DNA of 64,000 nucleotides from Octopus sinensis (GCF_006345805.1 NC_043019.1:3286001-3350000), one strand, 5' to 3'; numbered from the stretch's first letter, positions 24,743-37,117 are shown. Numbers and translations: made by a program. The notes: a model not told the origin generated them from the letters alone.

Positions 24743-25420
24743 GTGACATCCCTACTCATTTCTACAGCTGAGCGAACTGGAACAACATGAAATAAAGTGT
24801 TTTGCTCAAGCGGTTTTCTTTGGGCTTGACTGCCAGAATTTGTCCCCTGGCCAGCTGGTGGCTCCAAGACCCATCTCTCTCGCCAAAGCTCGGATTCCCT
24901 TGCTTGGATCTTCAGCTGTAGAAATGAGTTGTGATGTCACTGGTGCCAGGTTGTATCGGCCTTTGTCCTTTCCCTTGGGTAACATCGGTGGCGTGAAGAG
25001 GGGAGGCTGGTATGCATAGATGACTGCTGGTCTTCCACAAACAACTTTGCCCGGACTTGTGCCTAGGAGGGGTACATTCTTATTTCTTTATTGCCCACAA
25101 GGTGCTAAACATAACGGCAGACGAAATACCTATTTCTTTATTACCCACAAGGGGCTAAACACAGAGCGGACAAACAAGGACAGACATAGGTATTAAGTCA
25201 ATTACATCGACCCCAGTGCGTAACTGGAACTTAATTTATCGACCCCGAAAGGATGAAAGGCAAAGTCGACCCCAGCGGAATTTGAACTCAGAACGGAGCG
25301 GCAGCCGAAATACCGCTAAGCATTTCGCCCGGCGTGCTAACGTTTCTGCCAGCTCGCCGCCTTAAGGAGGGGTACATTCTAGGTCCAATGCCATGGTTAT
25401 TCATGACCGAAGGGGGTCTT
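24740..25420. mobile_element. SINE-like interspersed repeat (family E) with internal inversion, interrupted by SINE-B
   Basis: 32-bp inverted repeat 24740-24771/24912-24943 (30/32). The sequence resumes after the SINE-B TSD. Family identity is inference. Confidence 0.5.
25081..25364 (-). mobile_element. SINE-B: full unit plus internally deleted second unit, 16-bp TSD
   Basis: AGGAGGGGTACATTCT at 25065-25080 and 25365-25380. Confidence 0.9.
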
Positions 25421-26089
25421 TACCCATTTTTTTTTTTTATAAATTAGAAACACAATCAATTCTAGTAGCCACAGGATTAGATTCGGATCATTTCTCCTGG
25501 ATTGGGAAACGAAATATGAACTCTGAACATCTTCGCAAAAACGAAAAATCAATGCGAAACAGTTTAAATAGTTCTGAGCTAGAACGGTCGTCATTATTAC
25601 AGTTCCTCATTTGAAAATCATAACGTCGAAAGGTTAACGCGAATTTTCAAATACCATATTATTTTTTTTGTTTTCATTTGTTTTGCTTTTTTGGTTTTTT
25701 TTTGGTTTTTGCTTTTCTACGTTTTTGTTAAACATTTAAATTTGTAAATATTGATATCAAATTATTTATGCCTAAACTGTTCTACCAATATCTGTAACAA
25801 TGCCGTGAGTCTATTTATTATATTTCGCTATCACACACCCACACCTCAGAAAAAATATATATAAACAGAGTGTATTGATTGATGGAAACATTCGATTAGA
25901 GGTGTTCGATACATAAAACTAACTGTTATTATTTTCATAAGCTCTCTAATCGAATGTATACATCAATCAATATAAACTGTCTATATTTTTGTGACTACAT
26001 ATATATATATTTATAGATAGATAAATAGATAGATAGATGGAGAGATAGATATCGATATGAAGACATATATACAGAGAAAGAAAGACGTG

Positions 26090-26147
<58 letters not shown>

Positions 26148-26453
26148 ACGCATAAATACAAACACATACGGACATACACACATATATACACACATCTATT
26201 TATACATCTTCACATATATATATATATATTTACATATATATACATAAATATACATATACATATTCATACATATATGCATACATATATATACACATGTACA
26301 TACATATACATATATAAGTATATACATATATTATATGCATGTATGTATATATAATATATATATATATATATATATTATACATATATGTATACATATATAT
26401 ATGTGTGTGGTGTGTGTTGTGTATACATATATGTGTGTATATTTAATATATAT

Positions 26454-26486
<33 letters not shown>

Positions 26487-26507
26487 GATATATATATATA
26501 TATAGAT

Positions 26508-26564
<57 letters not shown>

Positions 26565-26726
26565 GTGAAATAGAAAGATGAATAATCTTGTAGTAGATTA
26601 ATCAAAAGTTTAACCGATACCTTAGTAGCAAAAATCACAGCAGTAAACAGCAACGGTTGGAGGTACAACCATCTGGCGTTGCAACCGTGCGATGGTGCGG
26701 ATAATTGAAATTAAAACATTATTGGT

Positions 26727-27119
26727 GAATTGAAGAAATGGAGCTGAACGCAGATTGAACAGAAATCGTTTTATTTCATTCTACACGTGTTTCGAAAGGC
26801 ACAATTACCAAAATCCGATTGAATAATGGGACCATATTGTGTCTTTCTCTTCAGGAAGAAAAAAGGAAATCCGTTGGAAAAACAAAAACAGAACAGAGGC
26901 GGAGCAAAAAACAAATCGAACTGTGCTCCTAAGAGCCCATGGCGAAACTGTTTATCAGTGTATGTTGAGAACCGGTGGCTGAAGAATTCAACGGGTCAGG
27001 CATCGGTCAATCATGTGGGTGAGGGTGTATAGATGTTCTTTGTGACCGAGAATAAAGTTCTGACTATTTAAAGAATATTGGATGTTTTATAAGGGGCGAG
27101 AAAAAATCTACTTAGAGAT
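26727..27119 (-). repeat. Inverted copy of the PLE 3' terminal region (inverted pLTR)
   Basis: Reverse complement of 29756-30150 over ~395 bp with few differences. Confidence 0.92.
26774..26861 (-). ncRNA. Type I hammerhead ribozyme motif (inverted pLTR copy)
   Basis: CTGAAGA (26854-26848), stem II GAAAGACACAA/TTGTGCCTTTC, GAAA, palindromic ACACGTGT, GUA triplet, stem I TTTCTTC/GAA(T)GAAA. Confidence 0.75.
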
Positions 27120-29400
27120 ACCTAGATTTACTCGGTAAAGAGATCAAGAAAAATTATAGAAAAGCCAATTGGAGTACCCTGAGGAAGGTAAACTTGGAAA
27201 TTAAGGATATAATATTTAAAACAACCGAATTCAAATGAGAACTCAGCCGCTTAGCCCCAAGCAACCCAGATTTATAGTGAAGGACCATAAACCTAACTTC
27301 CACACCAACCCAGCGCTAAGACTCATATGCCCTGCTAGATCTGATATCGGGATATCAGTAAGTACATTTTAGATAAATATATCCCTAGTTTAGTAAACAA
27401 GCTGAAGCTCGGCCTCTGGGCCAACTCCTCGCAGGTAGTGAAGTGGTTCTCTTCCATCCCCAATAAGAACCGTACTAGGTTCATTCAGTTTGATATCGCC
27501 AGCTTCTACCCCTCGATTAACCCTAGTGTGCTAAATAAGGCCCTGGCATGCTCACAACAAGGCTGGCCTCACCAGAGAAGAGATAGATTCATTTTAGTTG
27601 CCAGGAAATCGTTTATTAAGTTTGATAATAAGTTTGGATCCGTAAAGATACTCCCAATGAATTTGATGTGCCTATGGGTAGTTCGGATAGTGCGCAGATA
27701 GCCGATTTGGTCGGAATATATATTCTCTACTACGATTGTCCGATCAATTCCCGGAGATCGCGGGCGGCCTGTATCGTGACGATTGTCTGTTTTACCTGCA
27801 AAACACCACGAACAGAATAGTGCAGAAAACTAAGAGCAGGTTAGCTAGGTTTTTTAATAGAATGGGCATGAGTATAGTTTTTGATAATGAACTCACCAAG
27901 GCTAATTTCCTAGACGTTACACTTAACTTAATAGCGACTCATACTGCCCTTACCATAAGCCTTCCACTAATTTGAAGTATGTCAGTGTCTTCTCAAATCA
28001 TGCCAAAACCGTAACAGACAATTTGTTAAAAACATCTCTCTAAGATTGTCTGGCTTGTCCGCCAGTGCCGATATTTTTATATGCAGAAAGCGGAATTTTA
28101 TAACGCCGCACTATCCAAGGCCGGTTATAGGCAGAAGGTAATTTATATTGATCCGGCCCTTCCGATGCCATCATTCGGTCATCAGGATAGGCCGTATATA
28201 ATAACATTAACATTTTAAGTAAGGACGGGAGCGCGGCGGATGCCGGGTAGTCGCTCCCGCATTTAATTTAGCGAACAAGGATAATTATCGGTCCGGGAGG
28301 TCTTACACTAACCCAAGACCCGTTATTCATCCGAGAATCACCCACCCGAATGCGAGAGCTGGCGTCCCGACCCATCACACTGATAGAATAAGCATATATG
28401 GTTTGTAATCCCCTTTGGTAAGCAGATTAGAACTAACCTCTCCCTCATGTTTAGACAAGCCATCGCCATAACTTCCCCAGAAATTCCAAATATTACTCCA
28501 CGGTTAACTCACATAAAGTTAGGATAGCTTTCTCCAACACTAAAAACCTCGCCCGATAATCGCCTCCCATAATAATAGGCTACTTACTAAGACCCTATCA
28601 CCTTTTTCCGGAGGCACAGCCTCTTCGCTCCCGGTTTAATGCTCAGTAGGAATAATTATAGTAGTAATAATGATATGAGAGCCAGTACAGTGACACATAA
28701 TCTCAGCTCCAGCCAGGGATTACCCACTAGGGGTATAGTTATAAATAGGGGTGTTGTGGTTGACGGTAACAATGGGAGTAGGGTAGAGAGCCCCATTAGC
28801 ATCCCCAGCATCATTTCCCGCAATAGCAGTACCACGGGCAGTAGCAATGACAGCACTCTGATAGATAGTGGAGAATCAGGGGTTATTCCTATAGGTTAAT
28901 AGTGACGTAGTGGAAAATAGAGTAGTAAGCGGCTGCAGGTCTCGGAACGAATATAGTGACAGGAACACGCAGTTCTAATTTCAGAAACCAATCCTAGCAG
29001 ATTAAGATTCACGTCGGCGAACTCCAAGATCAAAAAACGCCGTCTAACCATGCAAGGTTTACACGGACTCAGATGCCTTCACTTATGTAGGGGCATCATC
29101 CTCAAGATTGTCTTTGCGTGTCTCCAACCATTACGCAACTTTTCGGGACGTGAACAAGCGCCAGACCACGGGACTCAGTAAGCTAATATGGCGACTGAAG
29201 GATGCGAACTTAAGCTATAGGCTGGAATGGTCAATTTTGTCGGTGGCCCTCCCATTTGATAGGGGCAGAAGACAGTGCAACCTTTGTGTCTCCGAACTCT
29301 TCCATATTTTGTTTGCCAGAGGCCGGATGGTAAACGGGCTCTTACAGTCGGCTTTTCGATGCCCCCATTGGCGGCGTTACACTTATCTGGCCTTTAAATA
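27120..29400 (+). mobile_element. Penelope-like element: RT + GIY-YIG endonuclease, 5'-truncated and frameshifted
   Basis: KDHKPNF..LRLICPARSDIG, QFDIASFYPSI, VPMGSSDSAQIADLVGIYIL, GLYRDDCL, NFLDVTLNL. C-terminal YVGASS..HYATFR..TGLSKLIWRLKD..W.IL....CNLC resembles the PLE GIY-YIG domain. Confidence 0.92.
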
Positions 29401-30150
29401 GCGTTTATAAATAATACGGCACCCATAGCCCTTGGTAACAAATTCTGAAATAGCCTTTAAGATATCTACGATTAACCACTGCAAGGGGAATTACTCTCCT
29501 GTAAGACAAACGGGGCTTGGTTTTTTCACAGCGGTGGGTTTCCTTGACAAGGCAGGCTTAGATGAACACACACACACATAAACATAATATATATATATAA
29601 TTTTTTCTTTTTTTCTTTCTGTTCTGCCACCCAACGGTTATCACGGCAGTAGCCACTGACAGCCGAACGATCAAACGCACACACGTACACAAAAATGTGT
29701 TTTTCTACCCCTACGCCAACACACACATATATAGAACAGTATACACACACACACGTCTCTAAGTAGATTTTTTCTCGCCCCTTATAAAACATCCAATATT
29801 CTTTAAATAGTCAGAACTTTATTCTCGGTCACAAAGAACATCTATACACACCCTCACCCACATGATTGACTGATGCTGACCCGTTCAATTCTTCAGCCAC
29901 CGGTTCTCAACATACACTGATAAACAGTTTCGCCATGGGCTCTTAGGAGCACAGTTCGATTTTTTTTTTGCTCCGCCTCTGTTCTGTTTTTGTTTTTCCA
30001 ACGGATTTCCTTTTTTCTTCCTGAAGAGAAACACAATATGGTCCCATTATTCAATCGGATTTTGGTAATTTGTGCCTTTCGAAACACGTGTAGAATGAAA
30101 TAAAACGATTTCTGTTCAATCTGCGTTCAGCTCCATTTCTTCAATTCACA
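29401..30150 (+). repeat. PLE 3' UTR / pseudo-LTR
   Basis: Follows the endonuclease stop. Its distal 395 bp are duplicated in inverted orientation at the 5' end of the element. Confidence 0.75.
30014..30100 (+). ncRNA. Type I hammerhead ribozyme motif (pLTR)
   Basis: Stem I 30014-30020/30093-30100, CTGAAGA 30021-30027, stem II 30028-30036/30070-30080, GAAA 30081-30084, loop ACGT, predicted cleavage after GUA (A30092). Confidence 0.75.
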
Positions 30151-30160
30151 ATATATTTAT

Positions 30161-30209
<49 letters not shown>

Positions 30210-30802
30210 GTAAGCGATTGAAATCAGTAACAGTGACATGAGAAAAGTTATTACTTGTTGTTTTTGAATTTTTACTTTTGTTGTTTTATCTTTCTTCTTT
30301 TTTTCTTTGCATTTCGGCAGCAGAGTAGCAACATCATCATCATCATCATCATCATCAACAACAACACCCGCAGCAGCAGCATTCAGAAACGGCAACAACA
30401 TCCAGAACAATAAATCGAATATTGTAGACCGCAGTTTGGCATAAATGGCTGCATTGTTTGTCGAGAGATCTTGCGGCGAAGCATTGTAGAGAAAGTGAAT
30501 ATATATTATCTCAACGCGATGAAAACAATAGGTACATATTACTATACGTTTTCTAATAATACACAAGACAAACGGACAGTCCGTCTGCCAGACGAATCGA
30601 TAAGCAAGCAAACAGATAAAACAAAATATCCTTGTCTGCTAACCATTGTCGAAACCTCTACATCAGAAATGGTCAACCTTTTTCGAGAAGCGAGCCGTAG
30701 GAGGCGTGGTTCATCACCAGGCGGGCCACACATTCAAGATAATTTTTCGTTACTACTGCCGCTGAGAAAGACTAGCTGGCTGCAGTGTACTTCTGATTAA
30801 TC

Positions 30803-31670
30803 TACGTGGTCGTTCGACCTGTTAAAAATAGCACCTAAATCTCCCTCAAAACATGCCCTACTTGTCTTAACTATTTTCAGAAGGATTCGCAAGGCCGTCG
30901 TGTGCCCATGTCTAATCAGCGTGGTCGCTCACTTGCTAAAACTAGCATCTAAATCTCCTTCAAACCACGCCCAGCTTGTCTTCACGAAATTGAGAAAGAT
31001 TCGCAAGGCCTCCGTGTGTCAATGACTGGTTTACATGGTCACTCGACCCGCTAAAAGTAATATCTAAATTTTCCTCAAATCACGCCCAGCTTGTTTTCGC
31101 TAAGTTGAGAAAGATTCGCAGGCCTCCGTGTGTCCATGACTGGTTTACATGGTCACTCGACCCGCTAAAAGTAATATCTAAATCTCCCTCAAATCACGCC
31201 CAGCTTGTTTTCGCTAAATTGAGAAAGATTCGCAGGCCTCCGTGTGTCAATGACTGGTTTACATGGTCACTCGACCCGCTAAAAGTAATATGTAAATCTC
31301 CCTCAAATCACGCCCAGCTTGTTTTCGCTAAATTGAGAAAGATTCACAGGCCTCCGTGTGTCAATGACTGGTTTACATGGTCACTCGACCCGCTAAAAGT
31401 AATATCTAAATCTCCCTCAAATCACGCCCAGCTTGTCTTCGCTAAATTGAGAAAGATTCGCAGGCCTCCGTGTGTTCGTGACTGGTTTGCACGGTCACTC
31501 GACCCGCTAAAAGTAATATCTAAATCTCCCTCAAATCACACCCTACTTGACTTAACTAAATTGAGAAAGACTCGCGGGTCATCGTATGCCCATGACTGAT
31601 CAACATAGTCGCTCGATTTGCTACAATTAGCACCTAAATCTCTCTCACATTACGCTCTACTTTTCTTTGC
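30803..31670 (+). repeat. 114-bp tandem repeat, ~8 units
   Basis: Anchor (t/c)(g/a)gtc at 30807, 30922, 31036, 31150, 31264, 31378, 31492 and 31606. A dispersed related monomer lies at ~39020-39100. Confidence 0.93.
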
Positions 31671-32082
31671 TAAACAAGGATATATAGGACTGTGTAGTCT
31701 TCGGTATGCAAAGCGTTAAAAAAAGTTATTTAAAAATGGTGTTCTCTCAGACATTTGAGCTTTTGATCTTGGGTCGACCCATCCAACGCTGAATAGGTGC
31801 AATGTTAGGGCTAGCCTGAATGTTGTTGGGTTCCCAGTAGCGTTGCCCTAAATCTTGCTCCGGCTTGCACAATGCAATCTTAATGTGACTCCGTACGTAC
31901 CCTATTTATTTTGTGTTCGGGATTTTACTTTGACAGAACTTACATTTTTCTCGATGTATCTCTGCAGAAGATTGCCCTAATTTGTCTCTGTGATGCATCG
32001 ATTTTTATACTGGTATCTGTGGATAAGTACGGAAAATAACACCTTTCTTAGATTTTCACATTGTTTCTTGTCATATTATGCA

Positions 32083-32456
32083 CTAGCACTACGACCCGGC
32101 AACGTAGGGTCATAGTGCTAGTGCATGCATATACAGCTGCGTGCGTGCGCTCATACACGCGAGTACTGTCCAAATCTCCGATCAATCACATACAGCTAGC
32201 TGGCATTCAATTGGCGTATCAAGTTTCGGGCATTTTGATTGGGTTTGGGATAGAAAATTCACAAAAAAGTCACTTCTATTGATTTTTTAATGGCTTTGCG
32301 GGGTGACTGGGGAAATGTAAAGATATGCACGACCACCCTTGGACGGTTTTAAATGACCATAGAAAGTGCGAGCCCTCTAACTGAAAAACTGTGGATTTGT
32401 ATAAAGGACACACAGACACACACACACACACATTTTGCCGTTCATATATAAAGAGA
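32083..32456 (-). mobile_element. Non-autonomous Helitron with canonical termini
   Basis: Minus strand reads A|TCTCTTTATATATGAAC...(GT)n... and ends in a hairpin plus CTAG|T. It is inserted between A(32457) and T(32082) on the minus strand. Confidence 0.8.
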
Positions 32457-32796
32457 TAACATCTGTTAAGTACTTTTTTTCTTTTTATATTTCTGAATTC
32501 AAAGACTCTCCTTATATAAGGCCTTAGAATCAATCATTTTTTTAATTGACTCGTGAACACAATACATCAAGTTTGCTGTGAGCCGTCATTTAATTCCGAT
32601 TAGCACCATCAATAACTCCATATCTTTTAGTATCATCTTTAAGACATTACTAGCATTCTCTGACTATTTCCTATACCATTTACTTCCCATTGTTATTACC
32701 TACGAAAACACGTTTTGTTATCTAGTTTACTAACTACATTTTATCGTAGTTCTGCAATGAATGCGTATCGTATCCTATTATTATCTTTTTAACCAT

Positions 32797-33215
32797 AAGG
32801 CAGAAACGTTAGCATCCCGGTTGAAATGCGTAACCGTATTTCGTCTGCCGTTACGTTCTGAGTTCAAATTCCGCCGAGGTCGACTTTGTCTTTCATCCTT
32901 TCGGGGTCGATAAATTAAGTACCAGTTACGCATAGGGATAGGGGTCGATATAATCGACTTAATCCGTTTGTCTGTCCTTGTTTGCCCCCGCTATGTTTAG
33001 TCCCTTGTGGGCAATAAAGAAATAAGAATCGTTAGCACACTGGACGAAATGCTGAACGGTATTTCGCCTGTCTCTACGTTCTGAGTTCAAATTCCGCCGA
33101 GGTCGACTTTGCCTTTCATCCTCAATTAAATACCAGTGAAACACTGGGCTCGATGTAGTTGACTAGTCTCCTCCACCAAATTTCAGGCTTTATGTCTTTA
33201 GTTGAAAGGATTATT
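32797..33215 (+). mobile_element. SINE-B (tail 1) followed by or nested into SINE-B (tail 2)
   Basis: The first copy ends AAAGAAATAAG at ~33025, then AATCGTTAGCAC head remainder, core and tail 2. Confidence 0.8.
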
Positions 33216-33925
33216 AACTTGTTATCCCTTTAGCAGCGTAATTTAATTTCTTAATCATTCCCTTAACGATGTTGATTATCTACCAAAAAATTAAAATTGA
33301 TATTTCCTGCTTCTGCAATATTTTTTCAGTTTCTTCTTTAGATACAGTTTTCATATCCACCCCTATCTGATTCTTGCTCTATAAAACATATTTGATAAAA
33401 TGCGGGGGAAAAAATCAAGAAAATGTGAAAAGTTTTTTGTGCACATTTTTACTTGGGGTATTTCCGCTTCTCGACGCATAAGAAGTTTTTCCAAAACCGT
33501 GGTATAAATCCGCTTTCTGCAGTTAATGGTAACAAAATGTTGATCCGATATATCCGCTTTTCTGCACTCAAAGTGACAATCGCATTTCAGTAGATTCAAC
33601 ATCTTTCCAAAAACACTATTCACATCTAAAACGATGAGGTCCATCAACCACAGATCAGAAAATCTCTCCCAGTAGTCGTTTATATTAAGTTATCGGAGTT
33701 TATTTTAGAAGGTTTCTCTCTTAATCGCATCCATGGACAGAGAATAGAATATCAGAAAATGTAAAATATTGCGTTGGCAGACCAAGAGTAGAAACGGTAT
33801 GACATTGCCGAGGTCATGAATAACAACGAAAATACTTTGACAAACCTGGCTGATTAATAGATTGATTGATTGACTGATTGACCGAACAATCGATTATTTA
33901 AATGGTTAAATGTTAATGAATTAAC

Positions 33926-34008
<83 letters not shown>

Positions 34009-34842
34009 TAACGCTCCATGGCCACAGCATTCGCTTGTTTGTTACATCTATACCGTATGTGCTGGTCCATTGCTGGATAACGATAGGCTGGAGTCAGACC
34101 AGTATCTCTGAGCTTGCCGGGTGCAACACTGTCACCATTAAGGGCTTCAGTTTCATTACCACCGTTATTCACAATATTTTGTTTTTTTATTGCGCTCATA
34201 TGAGGTACCGATCATCAGGTTGCAACTTTTAGCTCACTGCTACTTTGTTTCTTTCTTTTTTATCTATTTATTTGTGGTTTTCATTTAAACTTTAAAAACA
34301 AAGAGCACCTAACGAATGTGTCATTGTATTCGGTATGAAAACAAAGGAAAATAAACAAAATAACAAAAGAAAATAGTGGTTAGAATTCTAAATAATTTAT
34401 TAAGACAGGCTTTCTCGATTGGAAATATGGTGTTAAGTATAATACGGAACTGTGACTATTTAATCCTTCAAGAAGGAATATGCCTGTACTTTCCATTACC
34501 AACAAAGCTTATGGGTCTTGGCCTCTGTTTTATGATTAACGACACTGCAATAGATTTTCCAAAGGCATGATATCCACATATGACCCTATTGCCAGGGAGC
34601 AGATAAGGGAAGGACACCCAGAACGAAAAGTATTTACATCAAGATGTTCAGACTATTTGTTTCTATCTATAATAGCATCGGTAATCAAAGAAATAACGCA
34701 GGAAATGTTCAAGTCAGGCTCTTTGACATTAATTGTTGATTAAATAATGGATATTTTAAAAAATAAAGAGCTGTTAACTCTTCTGTGCAACATTTTTGAC
34801 ATCTGTGAAGAATTTTGCGTATTGCGTTGATGTCCAATGGCT

Positions 34843-35258
34843 CATTTACTCATTCACTCATTTACTTGTTTCAGTCATTTGACTGTGGCCATGCTGGAGC
34901 ACCGCTTTTAGTCGAGCAAATCGACCCCAGGGCTTATTCTTTGTAAGCCTGGTACTTATTCTATCGGTCTCTTTTGCCGAACCGCTAAAATACGGGGAGG
35001 TATACACACCAGCATCGGTTGTCAAGCGATGTTGGCGGGACAAACACAGACACACAAATATATACACACACATACATATATATATACATATATACGACGG
35101 GCTTCTTTCAGTCTCCGTCTACCAAATCCACTCACAAGGCTTTGGTCGGCCCGAGACTATAGTAGAAGACACTACCCAAGGTGCCACGCAGTGGGACTGA
35201 ACCCGGAACCATGTGGCTGGTAAGCAAACTACTTACCACACAGCCACTCCTACGCCTA
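34843..35258 (-). mobile_element. SINE family A, full length, flanked by a 57-bp direct repeat
   Basis: 34786-34842 vs 35259-35315: 53/57 identical. Confidence 0.88.
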
Positions 35259-35619
35259 TGCAATATTTTTCACATCTGTGAAGAATTTTGTGTATTGCAT
35301 TGATGTCCAATGGCTGTCAATATTATGTTTGTAAGGTGGGAGATTTTTCCTGTTTACACCATACTTTCTGAAATACAAATCGATATAATATATAGTGTAA
35401 ACATGTAGTGTAAACATGTAATGTAAACCTTCAAACATTTTTACTGTCTTTCCAAATCTTGCTTCATTTCACGTGGAATTTTTGGTCCTACAAAGTTGTT
35501 TTAGTGTATAAGTCGACCCTTTTTTTTTTTTTTTGTCTTTTTACTGCAAATTTTGGTCTGAAGAATTCGAACGGTATGCCGGAAAATACGGTATGTCAAT
35601 TGTCTTGATATACATATTT

Positions 35620-35807
35620 CACGCGAGCGCGCACGTACACACACAAACACACACACACACACATACACACACACACACGTACACATAGACACGCACACAT
35701 ACATACATACATACATACATACATACATACATACATACATAAACATGCAAATCTGCACATATACATACATAAACATACAAATGCACATATACATACTCAC
35801 ACATACA

Positions 35808-35840
<33 letters not shown>

Positions 35841-36100
35841 GCATACATACATACATACACACATACATACATGCATACATACACTCACACATACATGCAT
35901 ACATACATACATACATACATACATACATACATACATACATACATACATACCTCACACATACATACATACATACATACATACATACATACATACATACATA
36001 CATACATACATACATACATACATACATACATACATACATACATACATACATACATACATACATACATACATGCATACATACATACATTCATGCATACATA
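35620..36100. repeat. (CA)n/(TACA)n microsatellite
   Basis: Direct inspection. Confidence 0.95.
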
Positions 36101-37117
36101 ATATATAATAATGTTCGTCCTTCGGTTCGAAGATGACCAACTGACATCATCTGATGGAACTGCCGCCATGAGACCGGAGGTGGCTGGTGAGGCCAATCCG
36201 GGCAAGGAAGCCCCTCCCACAGGTGGGGCAGAAGTGGGTAGGGGCAGTGCTACTGGTGCAGGCGGCTCTGACTTTACGCATCTGACGTTTCTGCTCCGCT
36301 GACCGAATCCGTCCCTCCTCGGCTGTCCCTGCTCCCACGGTGATTGCGCTGCGCCAGGATGAGCGGTTGGCGCAAGTGTCTCCCAGGTCTCTGTTCCGAT
36401 GGAGAAGTCTTTGAGAGAGACCTGAGACTATCCTTGTAGCGCTTTTTCTGCCCTCCGACTTTGCGCCTGCCCTGGCCGAGTTCACCGTAGAAGAGCTGTT
36501 TTGGGATGCGAGTGTCGGACATGCGGGAGACGTGGCCCGCCCATCTCAGCTGGGCCTTGCGCATGATTGTGATGGTGCTAGGGAGATCTGCCTGCTTCAG
36601 AACTTCCGTGTCTGGGACTTTGTCCTGCCAGCGGATGTGAAGGAGATTCCGAAGACACCTGAGATGGAAGTGGTTTATCTGGCGCTCGTGCCTTCGGTAA
36701 GCAGTCCACGTCTCGCAGCCGTATAGTAGAGTGGTAAGCACGACTGCCCGGTAGACTTTCAGCTTGGTGTTGAGGCTGATTCCTCTCCGCTCCCAGACTT
36801 TCTTTCGCAGTCTCCCAAACGCGCTGCTTGCCTTGGAGATTCTGTTGATGGTTTCAGCATCTATGTTGGCATTGCAGGAGAGAGTGCTGCCCAGGTAGGT
36901 GAAGTTTTCCACCACTCGTAAGATCCGTCCGTTCACCCTTATCTGAGGCTCATGGTATTGTTTGCCGGGGGCTGGCTGAAACATCACTTCGGTTTTCTTT
37001 GCACTGATGGTGAGACCGAAGTTGTCACAGGCTGATGAGAACCTGTCCATCTCGAGCTGCATCTCCTGCTCATCGATTGCATTAAGGGCGCAGTCGTCAG
37101 CAAAGAGAAAGTCTCTG
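36101..37117 (-). mobile_element. Young RTE-clade LINE, 3' segment (RT C-terminal half, C2H2 finger, 3' tail)
   Basis: RDFLFADDCAL, FTYLGS, KVYRAVVLTTLLYGCETW, RWAGHVSRM, GRRKVGGQKKRYKD, CPTCGRGFLARIGLTSHLRSH. One frameshift near 36410. Confidence 0.95.

Noticed and set aside
31105-31599. 38-aa repeat protein as a CDS
   Set aside because: The open frame follows from the 114-bp period. There is no ATG start, splice context or homology, so it is kept only as a repeat finding.
33363-33647. Possible piggyBac transposase remnant
   Set aside because: Only vague motif resemblance, with no catalytic motif or TTAA/TIR ends visible.
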